The notes under the pieces: generated by a model
What the model was told of the DNA's origin: nothing
Databases searched by the model: none
Seen by the model: only the letters and a program-made list of their open reading frames with translations
Program-made: the position numbers and the translations under genes
NCBI GenBank assembly: GCA_041499035.1
Contig: JBGQJK010000003.1
Location: forward strand, 1,953 to 65,952
Direction of reading: 5' to 3'
From: Patescibacteria group bacterium
GTDB lineage: Bacteria; Patescibacteriota; Microgenomatia; UBA8517
DNA: 64,000 bases
Part shown: piece by piece, positions 19,872-29,176 of the stretch
Numbering within the stretch: position 1 is the stretch's first letter
Layout: the number at the start of each line of letters is the position of its first letter

Positions 19872-22748
19872 GTGTTTATGCTTCATAAGATTTGGCTAAA
19901 GTTTTTAGTAGCGTTTATTTTTTCTTTTGCGCTTTTATTTTTTGTAACATCATCTGTTTCTGCTGCCACTTATTACGTTGCAAATGCAGGGAACGATTCC
20001 TGTAACGGAATTTCCCAAACAATCGGATCATCCGGTTCATGCGCTTGGAAAACAGTGGCCAAAGTTAACGCTTCTAGTTTCGGTGCGGATGACTCTATCC
20101 TCTTCAACCGCGGCGACACTTGGCGGGAGCAGTTACTGATTCCCTCCTCGGGAACCTCCGGGCACCCAATCACATTTGGGGCCTATGGAACCGGAAACAA
20201 ACCTCTGATACAAAACAGTACAGAACTTGTAAGCGCAACTTGGACCCAATATGCAGCTACACCTTCAGGATCTGTTACAGAAGCAAATATGAAAACGAGT
20301 GTTGTGAATGGCACTGCCTTTACTGATTTTAGTAGTGCGAATGTATTAACAAGTTATCCAGGGTCAAAGTTAACAATTACAGACCATGCAGGCAAAAAAC
20401 TTATTGGGTATATTAAGGCGGCGGGCACAGGGGAGACTTATGGCAGTCAGTTGATGGCCAATACTGCATTTAATAATACTACAAGCGTTCAAGGGAATTG
20501 TACATTATCATCCGTCGCCGGAGGACAGACAGGTAACGCACTTCAGATGACAGTCCCCTCCGGAACAAGTTGCCAGAGCTCAGAAGTTTTTGCAACTTCA
20601 AATGGGGCTTTATATCTATTAACGGGTTATCTTAAAATAGGAACCGGTAACGCAATACAATCTTTCTTTGAACAAAATTTTGGTGCCTTTAATACCTATC
20701 AAAATTACTATAACCAATCCGCATCTTGGACCCCATATACACTTTATGGTACAGCGGACGGCACATCGTTTCTTCATCAGTGGACAGCTTATGGTACTTC
20801 GACACAAACAGATTTTGTTGATACTGTTAGTACAGTTCAAGTTATAACGCCATCTTCAACCGGGGTAACGATTACTTCCACTGCAAACGGTTCTACTTAC
20901 AATTGGACATCCGAGGATGCAGGATTCAATCGAAATGATTCAAGCAACTACACATATTCGATAGATGCCAGCAACCCCAATATTTATTACGCATCAGGTG
21001 TGACTACTGATGTCGGAATTATGGTTTTTAACTCCGGAGCTTCTATGGGTGTAAGAAAAATAACTTTAGGAACCCTTGCTTCTCAAGGAGATTTCTATTA
21101 TGATTCGGTCGGACAAAAACTCTATTTGTATTCGGCATCTGCTCCTGGAACCTATTATTCTTCAATTGAAGCCGGAAAAGCTCAAAGTGCGATTCTGGAT
21201 AGTTTGAAAAGTCACATAGTTATTCAGGATTTTAACGTTAGATACAGCGGGTCAAGCGACATCGAGGTAAACGCTTGGAGTAGTCCGGTTGATGATGTTG
21301 TTGTGCAACGTAATGACATGTCTCTTTCGGGGAATAGTACCGGCGGGAATGGTATCCAGGCTTATTCCGGAACAATGTCAAATATAACCATTCGGGACAA
21401 TACCGCAAACAACATATACGATGCAGGGATAACTGCTCCACAAGATGGCGAAGTTTCCGCTTTCAGTAATATATATGTTTACAACAACATTATTACTAAC
21501 TGCGAACACGGGATTGAAATAGGCGCTTTTACCTCCGGAACAACAGTTAACGGCCTATACATATATAACAATGATATTTATAACAGCGGCGGAGGTTTTA
21601 GCCACAGCCAGCGTTCTGATCCTTATGGAGACGGCTTTATTATGTGGAGTATGTCGGGAGCTACTGTTAGTAACATGAAGGTAGAAAATAATATTGTAAG
21701 TAACTCCATTTATAATGTCCTCAAAGGCGACACAAACTGGGCTGGAGAAACCTGGGATTACAATTTGTATTATCCGGACGGAGCTACAAAATTTGGGTAC
21801 AATGCTTGGCCGATATATTCAAATGCATATAATCTTGCCAACTGGAAAACTACAACTGGTCAAGATGCACATTCAATAACATCCGACCCTGTATTTGTTA
21901 GCACCGGGATAGATTTCCACCTTCAATCTACATCACCCGCTATTGACGCAGGGGTGAATGTTAGTTTAATTTCTGATTATGAAGGAAACCACATATGGCA
22001 GGGGATGGCTCCTGATATTGGTGCGTATGAGTATCAATCTGGAAGTTCTGCTGGTACAACTTCAAATAATTCTTCGGTTTCAAGTAGTCCTAATTCCAAA
22101 TCAGGCTGGAGTTATCCAGTTATTGCGGGACCGAACCATGTGGGTATTACGAGTTTTATTATGGGAAGGGGTACTGCGGGGGATGCTATGGCCTATATTC
22201 CCGATAATGCCCACCACGATGATATTTATTTAACAATTGATGAAGTATCTCTTAATGATTTGTCCAATCGTCGCAAGATTCCATTTCCCTGGAGTCAGGG
22301 GTGGAACCTGGTAGGGGATATATACAACTTTAATGCGGTTAGCTCGTTCAATGGTTTTCCTATACCACAGTTTGATCATCCTGCGATGGTAGTTCTCCCT
22401 TACAATTTGGCGAAGTTAAAAGGTATTTCTCCAAAGAATCTAAAAATAGGTTGGTATGACACTTCTACAAAGAAGTGGAAAGTTCTTCCTTCAAGGATTA
22501 CTGTTATCAATCAGCTGGCTCATACTATCGCCAGCACCACTAAAAACTTTTCCTATTTTGCTGTAGTTTATCCCAATCAAAACCAAACTTCAGTTTTGGG
22601 AGCGTCCGTTGAAAAATTGAAACCAGTAACCACATTAGCACCAACACCAACAACAGTTCCTACTCAAACTCTAACTCAAACACTTGCGCCGCAACAAACT
22701 CAACCAATAGCTAAACCCAAATCCTGTTTCCTCTGGTGGTGTTTTTAA
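19872..22748 (+). CDS. large secreted protein with right-handed beta-helix (pectin-lyase-like) region
   Basis: Signal peptide, TYYVA..GND, FNRGDTWRE, Asn-rich repeats, DFHLQSTSPAIDAG...APDIGAYE, C-terminal domain and PT-rich tail. Confidence 0.8.
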   Translation: MFMLHKIWLKFLVAFIFSFALLFFVTSSVSAATYYVANAGNDSCNGISQTIGSSGSCAWKTVAKVNASSFGADDSILFNRGDTWREQLLIPSSGTSGHPITFGAYGTGNKPLIQNSTELVSATWTQYAATPSGSVTEANMKTSVVNGTAFTDFSSANVLTSYPGSKLTITDHAGKKLIGYIKAAGTGETYGSQLMANTAFNNTTSVQGNCTLSSVAGGQTGNALQMTVPSGTSCQSSEVFATSNGALYLLTGYLKIGTGNAIQSFFEQNFGAFNTYQNYYNQSASWTPYTLYGTADGTSFLHQWTAYGTSTQTDFVDTVSTVQVITPSSTGVTITSTANGSTYNWTSEDAGFNRNDSSNYTYSIDASNPNIYYASGVTTDVGIMVFNSGASMGVRKITLGTLASQGDFYYDSVGQKLYLYSASAPGTYYSSIEAGKAQSAILDSLKSHIVIQDFNVRYSGSSDIEVNAWSSPVDDVVVQRNDMSLSGNSTGGNGIQAYSGTMSNITIRDNTANNIYDAGITAPQDGEVSAFSNIYVYNNIITNCEHGIEIGAFTSGTTVNGLYIYNNDIYNSGGGFSHSQRSDPYGDGFIMWSMSGATVSNMKVENNIVSNSIYNVLKGDTNWAGETWDYNLYYPDGATKFGYNAWPIYSNAYNLANWKTTTGQDAHSITSDPVFVSTGIDFHLQSTSPAIDAGVNVSLISDYEGNHIWQGMAPDIGAYEYQSGSSAGTTSNNSSVSSSPNSKSGWSYPVIAGPNHVGITSFIMGRGTAGDAMAYIPDNAHHDDIYLTIDEVSLNDLSNRRKIPFPWSQGWNLVGDIYNFNAVSSFNGFPIPQFDHPAMVVLPYNLAKLKGISPKNLKIGWYDTSTKKWKVLPSRITVINQLAHTIASTTKNFSYFAVVYPNQNQTSVLGASVEKLKPVTTLAPTPTTVPTQTLTQTLAPQQTQPIAKPKSCFLWWCF

Positions 22749-22809
22749 TTTTTATGATGATATGGATTGAGAGGTTGACTCCTTATCCGGCAAAAATTAT
22801 GATAAAGCA

Positions 22810-23073
22810 ATGAATAAAAGGGATAAAGATGAGTTTACAAGTATAGTTGTTAATGCGCTTAATGATGTAGTAATCCCTGCTATGGATGATATGGAGAAAG
22901 GATTGAGAGGGGATTTGGCATCAAAAAAGGATCTAAAAGAATTAAGCATGAAGGTTGATTCTCTTGATAGGAAGTTTGATGCTCAACAAGAAAGGCTCGA
23001 TAAGCACAACGGAAGAATAGAGAGTCTGGAAAAAATTCATCCAAAAGGAAGGCATTCTCCATTAGCCTACTAG
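22810..23073 (+). CDS. small coiled-coil protein
   Basis: LASKKDL plus heptads, H..RI..LE end; own TTGACT/-10 promoter. Confidence 0.65.
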   Translation: MNKRDKDEFTSIVVNALNDVVIPAMDDMEKGLRGDLASKKDLKELSMKVDSLDRKFDAQQERLDKHNGRIESLEKIHPKGRHSPLAY

Positions 23074-23105
23074 ACTTGTTTTCACACATTAGCTAGACTT
23101 ATTGT

Positions 23106-24788
23106 ATGGACTTTGTTCTCGGATTGTTTTTAGTGGTTGTTGCCGCTGTTGCCGGGGGAGCTCTTGCCAAAACTCTCAAACTTCCCGTACTTGTCGGCTA
23201 TATAATTGCCGGCATTCTTTTTGGAACGATTCTACCTGCAAGCGCTAAAAATGTTTCCACACTGGCTCAAGTGGGCACCATCCTCCTCCTTTTTTCAATC
23301 GGGGTAGAGCTGCCGCTTTCCCGGTTAACCAAATTTCTTAAAGTTGCTGTTTTTGGCTCTTTTATTCAGATTTTTCTGGTTACCGGCGCATCTTACTTTT
23401 TTCTCACGGCTTTTGGTTTGAGTCCGCTTCCGGCTTTAATTCTTTCCCTGGGCTTTTCTATAAGTTCAACCGCGGTTCTAACCCTCATTTTGGGGGATAG
23501 GGGAGAAACCGACACCATTCACGGTGGGCTGATGTTTTCCTGGTCACTTGTCCAGGACCTTACGGTCGTACCGATTATGGTAATCCTACCCATTTTGGGT
23601 ACGGGCGGCTGGGGAGGGCTGGGACTTGTCGGACTGGCGCTTCTTAAGGCTTTTGGCGTTATTGCGGGAGCGCTAATCCTAGGTAGACTGGTAGTTCCTT
23701 TTATAATTCATTTTGTTGCCAACCTCAACTCAAGGGAACTACTCCTCCTTTCATCGGTTGCGATTGCCCTCGGGACCGCCGCCGTAACCTCTTTCTTCGG
23801 CATTTCACCAGCTCTGGGGGCTTTCCTCGCAGGTGTGGTTATTTCGGGTTCGCAGGAACATCACGCAATATTTGCCGAAACCCGCCCACTTCGCGACCTA
23901 TTTGTTGCGCTTTTCTTTGTAACCCTTGGATTTTTGGTTAACCCGGTTCTGGTTTTTGATAAATTGCCTCTGATTTTCACTATCACTGTAGTTATTTTGG
24001 TAATAAAAGCGGTCGCCGTATTTTTAATCAGCGCAGCCTTTGGTTATAAAGGGCGAACCGGCGTAGCTACCGCCTTTGGTCTCGCACAAGTAGGGGAGTT
24101 TGCGTTTGTAATATTTTCGACCGCACTGGCACTTAAACTAATTGGCCCGGCCGATATATCTGTCGGCATTTCTGTAACACTTTTAACATTGGTTGTTTCA
24201 CCAATACTTTTTAATTCAGTTGTTCCATTCTGGCGGGGTATTCGTGACCTTACTGCCAACTCGGGCCTTTCAAAACTATTCGCCAGCGGTGAACGGAGAG
24301 ACGAGGCAATTGAAAGTTTAACTAACCACATAATTATTTGCGGATATGGCAGAGTGGGGAAGTGGGTGGGTAAAGCATTAACTGATTTTGCAATTCCCTT
24401 TATTGTTGTTGAATATAACCAGAAAGTTGTCCAGGATCTTAAAAGCGAAGGTACGCCGGTTATTTACGGCGATCCGACTGAACCGGAGGTGCTTGAGGCA
24501 GTTTTTATTCGCGATGCCAAGGCGGTCGTTCTGGCAATTCCGGACCGGGTTGCCCAGGAAACATTAATAGCTTATGTTCAAACGGTGGCCCCGGCGGTAA
24601 AAATAATTTCCAGAGTACACCTTGATTCGGACTGGGAGAAATTGAAAACTCTCAGGGTTAGTAAAATTGTTCAACCGGAATTTGAAGCCGCAGTTGAGAT
24701 AGTCCGCTCGATCCTAAGGAGTACAGGTAAAGATAAAGCCGAAATATCAGGTTCCATTAAGAGTCTTAGAGTCTCACACAGTCGTTAG
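23106..24788 (+). CDS. CPA2 cation:proton antiporter with TrkA-N domain (Kef-like)
   Basis: LLLFSIGVE, SST, QD, LGAFLAG, FFVTLG, QVGEFAF, IICGYGRVG. Confidence 0.92.
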   Translation: MDFVLGLFLVVVAAVAGGALAKTLKLPVLVGYIIAGILFGTILPASAKNVSTLAQVGTILLLFSIGVELPLSRLTKFLKVAVFGSFIQIFLVTGASYFFLTAFGLSPLPALILSLGFSISSTAVLTLILGDRGETDTIHGGLMFSWSLVQDLTVVPIMVILPILGTGGWGGLGLVGLALLKAFGVIAGALILGRLVVPFIIHFVANLNSRELLLLSSVAIALGTAAVTSFFGISPALGAFLAGVVISGSQEHHAIFAETRPLRDLFVALFFVTLGFLVNPVLVFDKLPLIFTITVVILVIKAVAVFLISAAFGYKGRTGVATAFGLAQVGEFAFVIFSTALALKLIGPADISVGISVTLLTLVVSPILFNSVVPFWRGIRDLTANSGLSKLFASGERRDEAIESLTNHIIICGYGRVGKWVGKALTDFAIPFIVVEYNQKVVQDLKSEGTPVIYGDPTEPEVLEAVFIRDAKAVVLAIPDRVAQETLIAYVQTVAPAVKIISRVHLDSDWEKLKTLRVSKIVQPEFEAAVEIVRSILRSTGKDKAEISGSIKSLRVSHSR

Positions 24789-24846
24789 TTGTGTTTTTTT
24801 TGTATCTTTCTTTAGCGACATTTCTTTTGAAAAGAAATGTCGGGAT

Positions 24847-25752
24847 ATGTATTCTGCCCGGAGAAAAAACAGACTTAACATCGGTAAGAAAAAAGGCCAA
24901 ATATATAGCCTTTTAATCAAAGTGGTGATACCCCTTTTGATTGTTCTTTCTGTGGTCTTGTATTTAAAGCTTAGTACAAAATATTGGAATGGGGTAGATA
25001 AGTTTGCGTTTGTTTTTCAGAAGGCCTCGAGAGATGTTGACGTCACGGTCCTTGACCCGGCTCTCGGGGAGGAAACAACCCTAATTATTCCCGGTGAAAC
25101 CGAGGTTGATGTTGCCAGGAGTTATGGTAGCCTCAGGATCAAAAATGTCTGGCAGCTTGGCGTGAACGAAAGGTTGGGTGGAACTCTGCTTGCGGAAACG
25201 GTAACCCGCAGTTTTTTGTTTCCGACCAGTTTGTGGTCAGGGCAGGATCTGGGAGACCCATGGAAATTTATCTTCGGCAACAAAAATACTAATATTCCCT
25301 TTGGCGATAGAGTAGGGGTGGTAATCTTTGCCTTAAGAGTTAAAAGTATTGACAAGACAGAAATAGATTTAGGTAAAAACCAGTTTTTGCGCAAGCAAAT
25401 TCTTACGGACGGCACACCCGGTTATGTTGCGTCGGGACCCATTAGCGGACGTCTTACAGTTTACTTTTCCGATAATAACTTTGGAGACAAAAATTTGAGA
25501 TTTACTATGACGGATTCCACGGGCACTCCGGGTGTCGCGGATGGGGTAGGGCAGGTTCTTGAGGTACTCGGAGGAAAGGTCGTTGCGGTGGACCGGAAGC
25601 CCGCCGACAGTTCACTTGATTGTGTAGTTTCCGGGCAAAACTTTGACGCTGTCTGGAAAGTTGCTGCCCTTTTCTCATGCCAGAGAAGCTCCGGAAAAAG
25701 TGATTTTGATTTGGAGATAAAAATGGGGGCCAAGTTCGCCAAAAGATTCTAA
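24847..25752 (+). CDS. membrane-anchored LCP/LytR-like protein
   Basis: N-terminal TM, IPG.T.V...G, C-terminal LytR_C-like STG.PGVA...L...G. Confidence 0.55.
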   Translation: MYSARRKNRLNIGKKKGQIYSLLIKVVIPLLIVLSVVLYLKLSTKYWNGVDKFAFVFQKASRDVDVTVLDPALGEETTLIIPGETEVDVARSYGSLRIKNVWQLGVNERLGGTLLAETVTRSFLFPTSLWSGQDLGDPWKFIFGNKNTNIPFGDRVGVVIFALRVKSIDKTEIDLGKNQFLRKQILTDGTPGYVASGPISGRLTVYFSDNNFGDKNLRFTMTDSTGTPGVADGVGQVLEVLGGKVVAVDRKPADSSLDCVVSGQNFDAVWKVAALFSCQRSSGKSDFDLEIKMGAKFAKRF

Positions 25753-25755
25753 AAA

Positions 25756-26442
25756 CTACTCTGTAATCTCTTCGGAGTTACTCATTTCGGGGATGTCCCT
25801 GTGGACCAGCTCAGGCGGAGTAAAACTTACGTAGTCCATTTTTTCGGGCGGGAAGGAAGTTATACCGGTTTTATTCTCCAGCTCGCGGATAAGTACGGTA
25901 ACATCTTTCGAATCAATCGACTTAATCAAAACCTGATATTTATTGCCTTTTTTCAGGAACTGCCTGAGCCTGGCTGCCAAGTCATCGGGGAGGCGTCCGA
26001 TATATTTACCGTCCTCGCTGACTACCGAAACTTTATGAGCATAGGGTGCAAATTTAACCTCGTCGCCCGAGTCCAGATTTGCAAAGACGTTGGTGTCTCC
26101 CGGGTTCATCAAAAGCACCATCTTGGTTTTGCCTGACTCTTCCAAAAAAGCTTCCCCCGATGGGGCTACAGCTTTCCTGCCGTAGCTGTCGGGGCGCGCC
26201 GATTTCCACTTAAGAAGGCATTTTTGAGCGATTGAGTTTACAGGGTCAATTTTCAGGACTTTTTGAGTCGTGGCCACCGCTTTTGAAGCCAATCCCAGCT
26301 CTGAATAGCAGCGGGCGAGCCTGTTGAGGGCATCCACATCTTCCGCATTTTCCGAGAGAATCTGAAGGTTTATATTTTGGGCTTCCTGCCAATTCCCGGA
26401 AAGCGCATAGGCCACAGCTTTTTGGGCAAGAGAAGTTTCCAT
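25756..26442 (-). CDS. TPR protein with C-terminal HIRAN-like domain
   Basis: TPR pattern (DALNRLAR.Y..LG...A......LKIDP.N); V....GKYIGRLPDDLA.RL. Confidence 0.7.
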   Translation of the reverse strand: METSLAQKAVAYALSGNWQEAQNINLQILSENAEDVDALNRLARCYSELGLASKAVATTQKVLKIDPVNSIAQKCLLKWKSARPDSYGRKAVAPSGEAFLEESGKTKMVLLMNPGDTNVFANLDSGDEVKFAPYAHKVSVVSEDGKYIGRLPDDLAARLRQFLKKGNKYQVLIKSIDSKDVTVLIRELENKTGITSFPPEKMDYVSFTPPELVHRDIPEMSNSEEITE

Positions 26443-26536
26443 TATCTTTTAGCTAGTATGAGTATAGAGATGGCACTGGCTATGTCAATACCTTCCTCTG
26501 ACAAAGAAATAGGCAAACTGGTATAATTCGACTTGT

Positions 26537-27283
26537 ATGAGCGGACATTCACACTTCGCCACAATTAAGCGTCAAAAAGCCGTCAACGACGCCGCCAAAG
26601 GAAATCTTTTTTCAAAGCTCGCCCGGGCGGTTATGATTGCGGCAAAAGGCGGGGCAGACCCCGACATGAACTTCAAATTGCGGGTGGAGATTGATAAAGC
26701 CAGGGCAGCCAGCATGCCAAAAGAGAATATCGAAAGGGCAATTGCCAAAGCAACTACCGAGGCAGCAAACCTTAGTGAAATTACTTATGAGGGCTTTGGT
26801 CCGGGAGGAATCTCGGTAATTATTGAAGTCACCACCGATAATAAAAACAGAAGCGCACAGGAAATAAAAAATCTTTTCGAACGTGCCGGGGGTACTCTGG
26901 CCGGCCCGGGAGCGGTTTCATTTAATTTTGAGAGCAAGGGCTTTATCCTTGTTGAAAAATCGGCCGATTCCGAAGCGCAAATGCTTAGGATGATTGACCT
27001 TGGGGTAGAGGATGTTACGGACTCTCCCGACGGGATAGAAGTGTTTACGGCGCCCGATAAGCTGGCGGAGGAAAGGAAGAAGTTTGAAGTAGCGGGCTTT
27101 GCGATGAAAGAGACCGAACTTGTGATGAAGCCAAAGAATTTACAAACAGTCGAGGATCCCGGGGTCGCCGCCAAAGCGTTAACTTTTTTGGATTCGGTGG
27201 AGGACTCAGAAGACGTAGCCAACGTTTTCAGTAATCTCGATATCCCCGACGCAACCATGCAGCAGATTTCCACGGGTATTTAA
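26537..27283 (+). CDS. yebC: YebC/PmpR family protein
   Basis: MSGHSH, MPKENIERAI, YEGFGPGG, TDNKNR, V.SN. Confidence 0.95.
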   Translation: MSGHSHFATIKRQKAVNDAAKGNLFSKLARAVMIAAKGGADPDMNFKLRVEIDKARAASMPKENIERAIAKATTEAANLSEITYEGFGPGGISVIIEVTTDNKNRSAQEIKNLFERAGGTLAGPGAVSFNFESKGFILVEKSADSEAQMLRMIDLGVEDVTDSPDGIEVFTAPDKLAEERKKFEVAGFAMKETELVMKPKNLQTVEDPGVAAKALTFLDSVEDSEDVANVFSNLDIPDATMQQISTGI

Positions 27284-27288
27284 TTCAT

Positions 27289-28059
27289 ATGTCTAAACGC
27301 CGGCGTTTTGTAATAGCTTCAAGTATTTTAGCTCTAGGATTCGTTGCAGTGCAGTTTTTAACAGACCAGAACCGTTTTTGGGCAATTGCAGTTTTGGGAC
27401 TTATGACGATAATTCTGTTTTTCTGGTCTCTTTTTGAGGGATTGGGTAAGAATATGACCCTTTTAACATTGGTTCTTCCTACAATTTTTACGCTCGGGGT
27501 AGGAACCTTCTGGTTCCTTCTCCCCGCCAATATTTTTGCCCGGATCCCGATTGTTATATTTTATGGAATAGGTATCTACGTACTCTGCCTGACAATGAAT
27601 ATTTTTAGCGTTTCGGCAATTCGTACTATTGCACTCTTACGGGCAGCCAGGGGAGTGGGGTTTGTACTCAGTCTTGTTACATCGTTCCTTGTATTCGATG
27701 CTATTCTATCCCTCAGAAGTTCTTTGTATTATTTATTACCTCTGGTTTTTGTTATTTCATTTCCGCTTTTTATGCAGGGTTTTTGGTCGGTTGTACTTGA
27801 GAAGGAATTTTCAAAGGACATTTTGGTTCTGTCAGCTGTTTCGACTCTTGTTATGGCGGAGACCGCCGCGGTACTTTTCTTCTGGCCCGTAACGGTGGTC
27901 GTTGGCTCGCTTTTCCTGACTGTAACTTTTTACATTCTTATGGGCCTGGGCCAAAGTAAGCTTGAGGGTAGGCTGTTTCTGGCTACCGTCAGGGAACACC
28001 TGGTGGTGGGGGCGCTGGTTCTTATTTCAATGTTTTTTGCAACCCATTGGGGCCAATGA
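27289..28059 (+). CDS. multi-pass membrane protein
   Basis: About 8 TM segments, co-oriented with yebC. Confidence 0.75.
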   Translation: MSKRRRFVIASSILALGFVAVQFLTDQNRFWAIAVLGLMTIILFFWSLFEGLGKNMTLLTLVLPTIFTLGVGTFWFLLPANIFARIPIVIFYGIGIYVLCLTMNIFSVSAIRTIALLRAARGVGFVLSLVTSFLVFDAILSLRSSLYYLLPLVFVISFPLFMQGFWSVVLEKEFSKDILVLSAVSTLVMAETAAVLFFWPVTVVVGSLFLTVTFYILMGLGQSKLEGRLFLATVREHLVVGALVLISMFFATHWGQ

Positions 28060-28060
28060 G

Positions 28061-28088
28061 AAATAAGCAAATAAGCGAATAAGCAAAT
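28061..28088 (+). repeat. short tandem 8-mer repeat (AAATAAGC-like x3)
   Basis: aaataagc aaataagc gaataagc aaat; similar unit near 14805. Confidence 0.6.
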
Positions 28089-28106
28089 CTCCAAATAAAA
28101 GCACAC

Positions 28107-28721
28107 AAAAGCCGGGGGGAACAGGGGAGGGGGAGAAAGTACCCTATAATTATAGGATAAATAGTGTGTTCAGCTTATAGTTTTCACGATAATTATAGGT
28201 TGTTTTCACGAAAAGCGACACATCATACCGGTCGAAGAAAAACCGAAGCCTGTTGTCACGGAGAACTGATGTACATTGATACAGTTGTTGGCCTCAAGAC
28301 CTTACTTTCTCAGCTTCGGGGCATGCTATGTGTGGATAAGTAATTGAGAGACAGGAGCAGCCCCTTGCCACTTTAGGAAGAAGTTATACCACACACCATT
28401 TAGGGAGAAGCGCATAGGCAGCTTGTTGGTTACATAAGTGCGTCACTATTCTCCCGGAGGGCTTAGGACATCCTTATTAGTGGCACGCCCCACAGGGAAG
28501 CTGATTATACTATGTCGTACAATAATACTTTTGCGACGTATACTAAAACAGGCTGAGAGTAGAGCGTATTTATGTACGTTTCCGCGCATTCATATATCCG
28601 TATGCACTTTTATTGTTATCCGTTCGTAATACTATCCTCCCACCGCGTTTCCTTAGTATTGTTCTTTCCGAATATAAGCCGAAGAATATTTTTGGTTCTT
28701 GCTCCCCCTCCCCCGGTTTTT
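28107..28721 (+). ncRNA. putative large structured ncRNA, family unassigned
   Basis: Closing 12-bp perfect helix (28124-28135/28702-28713) plus at least 10 nested helices; G-U pairs mostly favour the + strand; no convincing ORF. Confidence 0.65.
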
Positions 28722-29148
28722 AGCTGTTTATCCTTTTTTATGTAAAATGCGGTTATTCCCATGTTTTCGGCCAAACTAAGACGATCAGTTAGTCGCCTTT
28801 TGAATTACATAGGCCTTAAAATCGATTTGGTGAGGTCGTATTTAGCCTCGATTATGATTTAGAGATTTAGATCACTAAAATAGTAGTTATTGTACTTACG
28901 AGGTGTAAAATCTTGACACGGTAGAAGAAAAATTTCACTATTTAGACTTTTTTAGAGCGATTGACCATTCGAATAATAATAACGAGTTGAGTAAATTTGC
29001 GAAAGACCATGATATGCGAATATCAATGAAGCCGGTTTCGCATGGACGAAGAAGAGGTATAAGACTGGGAGGCAAAAGAGTTTTACCTGAAGAGTGCTGG
29101 ATAAATAATGATAACGAGCTGGCAAGGTGGTATAAGGAGAGACTAAAA

Positions 29149-29176
29149 AAATGACATTTGTCGCACAATGTCATTG
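29149..29176. other. candidate dif-like tyrosine recombinase site or operator
   Basis: AAATGACATTT-GTCGCA-CAATGTCATTG: 9-bp perfect inverted repeat with 11-6-11 geometry, 38 bp upstream of the xer gene. Confidence 0.45.

Noticed and set aside
28329-28395. oriC, suggested by a perfect DnaA box (TGTGGATAA, 28331-28339) in a long intergenic region
   Set aside because: Only one perfect box, and it forms one strand of a helix; no box cluster and no dnaA nearby; gene orientation fits a terminus better. Not fully excluded without GC skew.
28107-28721. RNase P RNA, tmRNA or self-splicing intron identity for the structured element
   Set aside because: GAGAAAGTACC only loosely resembles GAGGAAAGUCC and pairs as an extension of the closing helix; no 3' P4 motif, no tRNA-like ends or tag ORF, no group II domain V or group I core seen
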